From Treponemataceae bacterium (GTDB taxonomy: Bacteria; Spirochaetota; Spirochaetia; Treponematales; Treponemataceae), in the NCBI GenBank assembly GCA_963624615.1, contig CAVFQN010000166.1:1-62559 (forward strand): a DNA stretch of 62,559 bases. The letters run 5' to 3'. The translations under genes and the position numbers were made by a program. The notes under the pieces are model-generated. The model worked only from the letters and a program-made list of their open reading frames with translations. It did no database searches and was not told where the DNA came from. Below are positions 55,355 through 62,559 of this stretch, piece by piece. Position 1 is the first letter of the stretch. Each line of letters opens with the position of its first letter.

Positions 55355-57424
55355 TTACTTTGTTATTGTTCTTGAATCATTAGGATTGTACTTTTTGTTG
55401 ATAGCACGACGGCGAATTGAACGTCCACGCAAAACAAGAAGTCCCACAATAATCAAAATTACAACAAGACCATACTGGTTAAAGTATTTCCAGAAATTAG
55501 CCGCTGCAGGAGATTTGATTGTCAAAGTATTTACAGAAAGACTCTTTGAACGCATTGTACACAAATCTTCGTTTCCATTCATATAATCAATTGTATTCAT
55601 AAGGAACATGGCTATTGGGGTTGTACCGTTTTCGTCAATTACCTGGCGGGAAGTTACCGTTGATGAACCCACAACGAATATTTTGCCAGCCATTACACTT
55701 GAAGAAATGTGGCTCGAAGTTGAAAGATTTCCTTCTGGAAGAGGATTTCCTTCGTCATCAGTCTGTTTTGTTTCTGGAGCTTTTTCAAAAGCTGATTTGA
55801 ACTTACCTTCCAGCAAAACAGCCAAATCATAAGATTGCAACTGGCTCTTATCAGTTGGAGGAGTCAAAACCATAGGATTGAGCATAATATTTTCGGATTT
55901 TGTCCAAGCCTGGTCTGAAGATTTAGCCAAAACTGTCACTTTTGCGTCTTTATTTTCTTTGGCAGCAGAAGCGTCCAAAGCAGAAGATTGAATCATAAAT
56001 ACATAACCCAAATTATTTGTGATTACGTTCTTTTTAGCCAGCTGATTTTTTTGCAAAGAAGGAACCCAGTAAAGATTCAAGGTACCAAAATTTGAATTCT
56101 GACTTACGTAACAATTTGTATCCATAACTAGGTTGTTTTCAACTTTCACCCCGTAAGAATCCAAAAGTCTGCTGATATTCAACTGATTAGGATTAAACTG
56201 CTGACCGCCAGTGTATTGTGCATTTGGATCTTGAACCATTCCGTCTATAAAGAAGAGGACATTCCCACCCCTCATCACAAACTGGTCAACTTTGTACAAT
56301 TCTTCTTCGGTAAAATCATTTTCTGGGCCGTTTATGATGATAGAATTCATACCGGCAGGAATATTTTCCTTGTTCAAGTCAATTTCAACAAGTTCGTACA
56401 TTCCCGAAACCATGGAATTGAAATACTGAGCTGCATTTTCATCTGACAGACCTTTTTCACCATGACCTGTGATATAACCGATAGAAGTTATATTTGAAAG
56501 AAGACTCTGTAAACCTTCACGAACAGACTGTTCTACATTTTCAAGGCCAGTAATCATATATCCGAACAAAGACTGCTGTATCTGCAATGGCAGCTGGTAG
56601 AATTTATCGCCATTTTCAAGGATAAGTCCCAGGGCCGCTTTGCTGATATTTCCACTTTCATCCTGATACTGGATAACCTGCAAGCCATATTTTTCTGCAA
56701 GAATTACTGCTTCAGAAGCATTTGGACTTACAACCTGGTATTCAAGACGATTCATATTTTCCTGGTTCAATTTATCAAAAGAATTTTTGATGATTGAATC
56801 TGCCTGATCCAAGCCAGAAATTCCGAATTTTTTGAGAGAATCACTCAAATAAAGGGTCAATGTGATTTTTTCGCCATTTTTCAGACCGGCCAGGGCATCT
56901 GCCATATTTACCATTTTTGAAATTTTCGAGGTAAGTTTGTATTCAAATCCGTCTGTCGAAGTGATTGGATTGAGTGTTTCGATGTTATCACCATAAGTGA
57001 TGGCAAGTCCCATGTAGCCCTGTTTAAAACCAACTTCATTATTTTTTACTTCCTGAATCTGAATCTGCTGGAGTCCCAAATCGCGGGCCAAGTCAATATT
57101 TTCCTGTTTAGACATATCCATGTAGGCTACAGAAAAGTTCTTATTTCCAGCCCCCTTGTATTCCACCAGAATATCTTTTACATACTGGGAAACGCTGCTG
57201 TAAGGAGATGGAAGATTATCATCAAAGAAAACTTTGATAGAAAGTGGTTGTTCAAGATTTTTTACAAGAGACTTACTTCCTACCGAAAGGGAATAAGATT
57301 TTGGACCTGTAAGATCAAAACGAACAAAAAGATTGTGACTGACAATATTTACCAAAATCAAAAGCACGATAAATAAAGCAAAATCTGATTTTGGACTTTT
57401 ACACCAATTTAAGAATTTTTTCAT
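55355..57424 (-). CDS. GldG-like ABC transporter auxiliary component
   Basis: RFDLTGPKSYSLS, GYITGHGE, DQFVMRGG and FLMNTIDY motifs; N- and C-terminal TMs. Confidence 0.85.
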   Translation of the reverse strand: MKKFLNWCKSPKSDFALFIVLLILVNIVSHNLFVRFDLTGPKSYSLSVGSKSLVKNLEQPLSIKVFFDDNLPSPYSSVSQYVKDILVEYKGAGNKNFSVAYMDMSKQENIDLARDLGLQQIQIQEVKNNEVGFKQGYMGLAITYGDNIETLNPITSTDGFEYKLTSKISKMVNMADALAGLKNGEKITLTLYLSDSLKKFGISGLDQADSIIKNSFDKLNQENMNRLEYQVVSPNASEAVILAEKYGLQVIQYQDESGNISKAALGLILENGDKFYQLPLQIQQSLFGYMITGLENVEQSVREGLQSLLSNITSIGYITGHGEKGLSDENAAQYFNSMVSGMYELVEIDLNKENIPAGMNSIIINGPENDFTEEELYKVDQFVMRGGNVLFFIDGMVQDPNAQYTGGQQFNPNQLNISRLLDSYGVKVENNLVMDTNCYVSQNSNFGTLNLYWVPSLQKNQLAKKNVITNNLGYVFMIQSSALDASAAKENKDAKVTVLAKSSDQAWTKSENIMLNPMVLTPPTDKSQLQSYDLAVLLEGKFKSAFEKAPETKQTDDEGNPLPEGNLSTSSHISSSVMAGKIFVVGSSTVTSRQVIDENGTTPIAMFLMNTIDYMNGNEDLCTMRSKSLSVNTLTIKSPAAANFWKYFNQYGLVVILIIVGLLVLRGRSIRRRAINKKYNPNDSRTITK

Positions 57425-57436
57425 TTTATCCCTCCC

Positions 57437-58174
57437 CTAGTTTTTTTCTGACTGTTCAATTTTTATGGTGATTGTAAAGAACAGAGCTGTCAAAGAAATG
57501 AAGTAAATCAAATCGCGCGTATCAATAATTCCGCGGGCAATAGAAGTAAAGTGAGAATTTGCGGAAAGGAAACTGAAAAAACTTACCAGCGAGGCTGGGA
57601 GAAAAATCATAAATGTATCGAGCATGGTGAGGACAATACAAATGATAAAGCCTGTGAAAAATGCAATAATCTGATTTTTTGTAACTGATGTAGCAAAAAG
57701 TCCGATTGCAGTGTAGCTGGCACAAAGGAAAATTGCCCCAAGATAACCACCCACGATTGGACCGTAATCTGGCTGGCCAAAAATCTCGGCTGGAAGAATG
57801 TAAAGCAAAGTTGGGGCAATCATCACCATGGTGCTGATGAAGGAAGCCAAATATTTCCCGGTAACGACCTGAACTTCTGTAACCGGCAAAGTCATCAGTG
57901 TTTCGATTGAACCAACACGTTTTTCCTCTGCAAAAATCCTCATTGTCAAAGCTGGGACAAAAAAGGAAAGGAGAAGTGGCAGATAAGTGAACAACTGGCG
58001 GAGTTCTGCCCGGTTATAAATAAAAAATGTTGTATAAAAAAGGATTCCTGTGATGATTAAAAACAGGCCTGTTACGATGTAAGCAATCGGGCTGGTAAAA
58101 TATGCAGCCAGTTCCCTTTTCATAATTATAAAAGCAGGATTTTTTGGTTTTGCTGTAGTCATTTTTTCGCTCAT
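57437..58174 (-). CDS. GldF-like ABC-2 permease
   Basis: RELAAYFTSPIAY, PALTMRIFAEEKRVGSIETLMTLP and RGIIDTRDLIYF motifs. Confidence 0.88.
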   Translation of the reverse strand: MSEKMTTAKPKNPAFIIMKRELAAYFTSPIAYIVTGLFLIITGILFYTTFFIYNRAELRQLFTYLPLLLSFFVPALTMRIFAEEKRVGSIETLMTLPVTEVQVVTGKYLASFISTMVMIAPTLLYILPAEIFGQPDYGPIVGGYLGAIFLCASYTAIGLFATSVTKNQIIAFFTGFIICIVLTMLDTFMIFLPASLVSFFSFLSANSHFTSIARGIIDTRDLIYFISLTALFFTITIKIEQSEKN

Positions 58175-59209
58175 TTATTTTTCCTCCTGAACTGACTGGA
58201 CTGGAGATTCTGGGCCATCTGCCAGACCGGCGGCAACGGTCTGTCCGGCATCTACCTGGCCTTCCGCTGGGCTTTCCGTCAAAGCGTGGAATACATCTTC
58301 CAAAGAATTTCGCTGAATTGCCATTTCGTAGAGGTCAAAACCTTTTTCGGCAAGTTTTTTGAAAACTGCCGGTCTGATTTCACAAGCACCTTTCACAGAA
58401 ACCAAAACTCCGTAAACTTCCGCACTTCCCGAAACAAGGGAATCGGCAGAGGTCTGAGTAACAGAATCAACATTATCGACAGTTTTCAGAGCCGTAGAAA
58501 TATCATCAAAAGAAGCCCCTCCAACAGTCATTTTAATTGCAATTTCGTGGCCAAAACGTTCCTTGAGTTCATCAATCGGGCTATCGGCAACAAGTTTTCC
58601 GCCAGAAATGATGATGGCACGACTGCAAAGTGTTTCAACTTCGCTCAAAATGTGGGTAGAAACAATTACAGTTCTAGTTTTTCCAATTTCGCGGATTATA
58701 GCCCGGACATCTTCAACCTGGTTCGGGTCCAAGCCAGAAGTCGGCTCGTCCAAAATCAGGATTTCGGGATCGTTCATGAGAGCATGAGCAAGTGAAACAC
58801 GCTGACGATTACCGCGGGAGAGTTCGGCAATATTTTTGCTCATAACTTCTTTTAATCCACATTCCTGACAAAGAAGGGGAACTTTTTCATCAGAATTTTG
58901 ACCATGCATTTGAGCAATGTATTTCAAATAATCTTCAACAATCATGTCTCCGTACAAAGGAGCTGATTCCGGCATATAGCCAATTTTTCTTTTTGCTGCA
59001 ACAGGATTTTCAGAAATATCGATTCCGTCAATTGTGATTTTTCCGTCTGATGGCGAAAGAAATCCCGTTATCATTCGCATTGTTGTGGTTTTGCCAGCGC
59101 CGTTAGGTCCAAGAAGTCCTACAATCTGACCTGTTGGAATGGAAAAGCTGACATCATTTACCGCACGAAAAGCCCCGAAATTACGGGATACGTGGGAAAC
59201 TTCAATCAT
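58175..59209 (-). CDS. GldA-like ABC transporter ATP-binding protein
   Basis: GPNGAGKTT, LSRGNRQR, LILDEPTSGLDP and STH motifs; GGAGG RBS before ATG 59209. Confidence 0.9.
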   Translation of the reverse strand: MIEVSHVSRNFGAFRAVNDVSFSIPTGQIVGLLGPNGAGKTTTMRMITGFLSPSDGKITIDGIDISENPVAAKRKIGYMPESAPLYGDMIVEDYLKYIAQMHGQNSDEKVPLLCQECGLKEVMSKNIAELSRGNRQRVSLAHALMNDPEILILDEPTSGLDPNQVEDVRAIIREIGKTRTVIVSTHILSEVETLCSRAIIISGGKLVADSPIDELKERFGHEIAIKMTVGGASFDDISTALKTVDNVDSVTQTSADSLVSGSAEVYGVLVSVKGACEIRPAVFKKLAEKGFDLYEMAIQRNSLEDVFHALTESPAEGQVDAGQTVAAGLADGPESPVQSVQEEK

Positions 59210-59338
59210 TTTTGAGTCCTCCAAAAAATTCTATATCTATAATTCTTAAATATAATATAAAAACAATCGTAAGGGAAATTTTGTTACACATAGAATGGTT
59301 CTGAAAAAGGTCGCTGGAAAAAAAAGCTAATCTCATCA

Positions 59339-62300
59339 TCAGAAGGTAGAAACAAAACTGAAATTAAAAACAAATCCCTGAGTTCTAGGATAAAAAGCCG
59401 TTTTTAATTCAAAACTAAGAATTTCTGATGAAAGGAATCCCACCGAAGACGATGCATCTACATTCACAAGCAGATAAATATTATCATTAATGTACGTTTG
59501 GCTGAAAATGTCCATAAAATAATTTTCGCGGCGGACGTCCGGGAGTTTTACCAGGCGGGTATCGTAATCCAGCCTAAAATCATAGCCGGCTTTTATCCCA
59601 ATCCTGCTAAAATACAAAAGCAAAGGCGAAAAACCGTCGTGAATTTCCCAGCCCAGCAGGAGGATTTCAGGATTTATTTTAAGGGCGGTACCTGCGTTAT
59701 TCAAAAGTTCTGCGGAAATGGAAGATGGCAGACTCAGAACAAAGCCATTTTTCATTTGAAGGGGATTCAACCCAGGAATTTCAATTTTTCCAAGCAGGCC
59801 GACATTCATCTGGCTCACATGCAGAAGCAAAAAATTGTAATCCTTTTCAGCTGCTTCCTGGCTATAAAGCTGGCCGTCAATAGTCGTCCCAATTTTGCTA
59901 TAAATGACATCTTTTTCAGGCTTAACCTGACGGTAGGAATACAAATCCCAAAAAGCATAAAACCTTGCCCCTGCAGAAAAACCGCATTTTTCATAAGGAG
60001 AAATTCCATATTGGTGGATATTTGAATAAGTCCCGGTCGCATCCACCTCAAACAAATCATAAGAATTTTCAAAAGATGGCCAATTAGACAGGCTTTTGTA
60101 ATCATCAAAATACTGGGCATCATAATAATCGGTTGAAGCAGAATAATAAGTTTGCAGGTCAACTGTAACCTTACCCACATTCAAATCCTGGGGCATAGTC
60201 CACGAAGTTCCTGCCATCGCCTCAAAATTATACTGACCGTCCATATTAAACTTAAACAAAGAACCAACTTTTATATCTACCGGGGTGGAAGTATTTTCAA
60301 AAAAAGTGGCAAAAGATTTGTCTTTTTTAAAATTTCTGGCCTCCAATTCCTGCTGATACTGAAAACTCGTCGGAGCGTTTATAGCCGTCGTAAAAGTCAA
60401 AGGAAGATATGTCCAGCCAGCCGAAATCGTAAATTTATTATTCATAAAAGGATCTGAATGACTCGTCAAAGAAAGTCCCAGCCCTGGCCATTTACTCGCC
60501 CCATTTTCCAGGGAAAGTTTTCTGATTGGCCAAAATGGAATGGCATTCAGCGGAAACATATATTTTAGAGGATAATATTTTGAAAGTTCGTGACCATTTA
60601 AATCATTTTTAGAAAAATTGATTGCAGGCTGGTTGTAAGAATAATCGACAGGGGAATTTTTCTGCAAAGTTCCTTCTTCAAATTCCAGATTTTCGCTAAA
60701 AATACAGCACAAATCATTGTGATTAAGTTTTTTGGAAGCGTAATACAAGATTTTTCCCTTCAAATAAGGAGAATTTGCCCCACCATACAAATTATTTTTT
60801 TGCAAAAAGACTTTTTCTATCTGGTAATTTTGATTCAGGGTCATGTAACCCATTTTTGTAAAATCGCCAGGCTGATTTGTGACATATTCAAAGATGTAAA
60901 GAAAATCGGAGGGGTCATTTTTTCTGGCTTTTGAAGTACTGTGATTTACAAGTCGAAGTGATGAAAAATTGATTTCCCGACCGTCATGGGATTTTATGCC
61001 CCAGAAATTTTCGCCGCCCTGGTGGGCCACTTCTTTCCCGGCAAAATCCCACTGAGCCAGAGTTTTTTTACCCTTTTTTGTAATTATGTATGATAATTTT
61101 CCGCCGCCTGCCGCACAAAGGGCCGACGGAATGACATTTTTTTCAAAAGATTTTTCAAAAAGCAAAATGCTGTCATCTTCATCATCTGGCAGGGAATAAA
61201 TTTGAATTTTGGGATATTTTTCATCAACATTCACCCCAGCCAGCAGATTTTCGCCATCAGTTGACAAAATAATAGCCGCATCCCGCAAACTAAAGTCGTA
61301 ATCTAAAAATTCCCGTTCCCGCAAATCATAAATTCTACAACAATCCTGATAAAATTCTTCCCGACTTTTAGACATTTTGTAAGAAATAACAAGAAATTGC
61401 CCGTCTGGCGAAAGTTTTATTTTATCAATTTTATCAGCCCAAAATAAAAGCTGGCGTAATTTTGATTTATTATTGAGATCAAAAAGCGAAACTTCGTGGC
61501 GGTGGCCGTCATACCAGACAATTCCATAATCAGAATATAAAACCTGCTGATAAAGCCCCTCCTGGTCGTTCGGAAAAATTGAAGTGACAGATTTTTCCAG
61601 CTCAAGCATGAGATCTAAATCGGAAGGAAGGGGAACAGAATCCTTAAAATCTTCCCAAAGAGAAAAAAGGGATTTTCCGTAAACCAGGTAAATAATTCCA
61701 GGCTGAAAAAACAAGTGAAGGGAGCCCGATTTTTGCCAGTATTCTTCAAATTTCTTATAACCGTAGAATTGAATCAGATAAGCAGTAAATGCGGATGTTG
61801 CGGCGTAAAGCAAGTCGTTTCCCGGGTAATTTTCGTAAGTAACAGAACATTCAAAATATGATGGAAAAGATTTTTCAAGTTTAGCCTGGGACAAAATCTG
61901 AAGAAAATAGCCGTCATTAAAACGCCCCTGAGAAAAATTTTCGCCCACAAAGGTGGACTTCCCGCTCTGGTAGGGAAATTCATCACCGTCCAAGGTGGAC
62001 TTCCCGCCCTGAGGGAGAATCTGTTCACCAGCCCCGGAATTTTCCTCGCCCGCCTGGAAAATTCCTCCATCATCAGCCCAAAAAGCCCTGCCTTCAATAA
62101 ACGAAAACGGCACATTCAAAAGCGAAACCGGAGCATACTGTTCGCCCACAATCGTAGAAATAAACTGATTAAAAGGACTTCTGATTGCCCCAGCCACCGC
62201 CTTATAAACTTCGTGATAAAAAAGCCCCAAAAGCCCATCATCAAAATAAGTCTGATTATCAGCCGGGACAGAATCAAAAATCACAATTCTATTGTAGGGA

Positions 62301-62559
62301 GATGGAGTGTAAGTAACCGAAAGAGTGTCAGAATCCGGCGAAATCACAACCGGCATTCTAAAATCATTTTTAAGACCACAGGATTGCTTGGCTTTTTCAA
62401 ACAAAGCATCAGCATGATTTACCAAAAAATCCGCCGTCACCTTGCTTTCCTGGGGAAAAAGAATATCAAAATATTTAGTCTGAACTACGTAAATTTTTCT
62501 AGGACGCGACATAACACTCTCTGCTCCATTTAAAACAAAGAGTGTTACAAAAGAAAAAA
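59339..62559 (-). CDS. Large exported protein, 5'-truncated by the window end: peptidase-MA-like N-domain, beta-propeller, probable C-terminal beta-barrel
   Basis: Frame is open to the window edge (FSFVTLFVLNGAESV before MSRPRK); TKYFDILFP, YHEVYK, FIEGRA, LSPDG; ends FVFNFSFVSTF. Confidence 0.65.
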   Translation of the reverse strand, partial: FSFVTLFVLNGAESVMSRPRKIYVVQTKYFDILFPQESKVTADFLVNHADALFEKAKQSCGLKNDFRMPVVISPDSDTLSVTYTPSPYNRIVIFDSVPADNQTYFDDGLLGLFYHEVYKAVAGAIRSPFNQFISTIVGEQYAPVSLLNVPFSFIEGRAFWADDGGIFQAGEENSGAGEQILPQGGKSTLDGDEFPYQSGKSTFVGENFSQGRFNDGYFLQILSQAKLEKSFPSYFECSVTYENYPGNDLLYAATSAFTAYLIQFYGYKKFEEYWQKSGSLHLFFQPGIIYLVYGKSLFSLWEDFKDSVPLPSDLDLMLELEKSVTSIFPNDQEGLYQQVLYSDYGIVWYDGHRHEVSLFDLNNKSKLRQLLFWADKIDKIKLSPDGQFLVISYKMSKSREEFYQDCCRIYDLREREFLDYDFSLRDAAIILSTDGENLLAGVNVDEKYPKIQIYSLPDDEDDSILLFEKSFEKNVIPSALCAAGGGKLSYIITKKGKKTLAQWDFAGKEVAHQGGENFWGIKSHDGREINFSSLRLVNHSTSKARKNDPSDFLYIFEYVTNQPGDFTKMGYMTLNQNYQIEKVFLQKNNLYGGANSPYLKGKILYYASKKLNHNDLCCIFSENLEFEEGTLQKNSPVDYSYNQPAINFSKNDLNGHELSKYYPLKYMFPLNAIPFWPIRKLSLENGASKWPGLGLSLTSHSDPFMNNKFTISAGWTYLPLTFTTAINAPTSFQYQQELEARNFKKDKSFATFFENTSTPVDIKVGSLFKFNMDGQYNFEAMAGTSWTMPQDLNVGKVTVDLQTYYSASTDYYDAQYFDDYKSLSNWPSFENSYDLFEVDATGTYSNIHQYGISPYEKCGFSAGARFYAFWDLYSYRQVKPEKDVIYSKIGTTIDGQLYSQEAAEKDYNFLLLHVSQMNVGLLGKIEIPGLNPLQMKNGFVLSLPSSISAELLNNAGTALKINPEILLLGWEIHDGFSPLLLYFSRIGIKAGYDFRLDYDTRLVKLPDVRRENYFMDIFSQTYINDNIYLLVNVDASSSVGFLSSEILSFELKTAFYPRTQGFVFNFSFVSTF

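Noticed and set aside
54419..59209. Evidence of gliding motility
   Set aside because: No other gld/spr or type IX secretion genes are present in the window; GldAFG-like transporters occur in non-gliding bacteria

Overview
Gene-dense, low-GC chromosomal segment that looks like a gut or rumen Treponema-like spirochaete. This is inferred from protein families, gene order and many lipoproteins; no search was run. It holds about 50 mostly housekeeping CDSs, including ybaK, metH, a MoxR/DUF58/Bat operon, mraY, galE, gltA, fhs, prs, tkt, rpmB, uvrB, htrA, radC, pyrH, an ECF sigma/anti-sigma pair, cysS, pth and a GldAFG-like ABC transporter with DUF4340, plus one tRNA-Arg(CCT). I see no transposase, integrase, phage gene, reverse transcriptase or CRISPR array. 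The most unusual signals are: (1) a modular palindromic MITE/REP-like repeat family with about 14 intergenic copies; (2) GC-rich 18/21-bp-unit tandem insertions in frame inside unrelated proteins, sharing an identical 14-mer (GGGGATTTTGACAC, read as GDFDT); (3) a full-length PurH homologue with both active sites degenerate, upstream of mraY; (4) two more apparent pseudo-enzymes, a transglutaminase with Cys replaced by Ala and a peptidase/propeller/barrel protein with HEVYK in place of HEXXH; (5) a BatA-BatB-BatC triple fusion; (6) several genes with leaderless promoter geometry; (7) kb-scale strand-composition islands.
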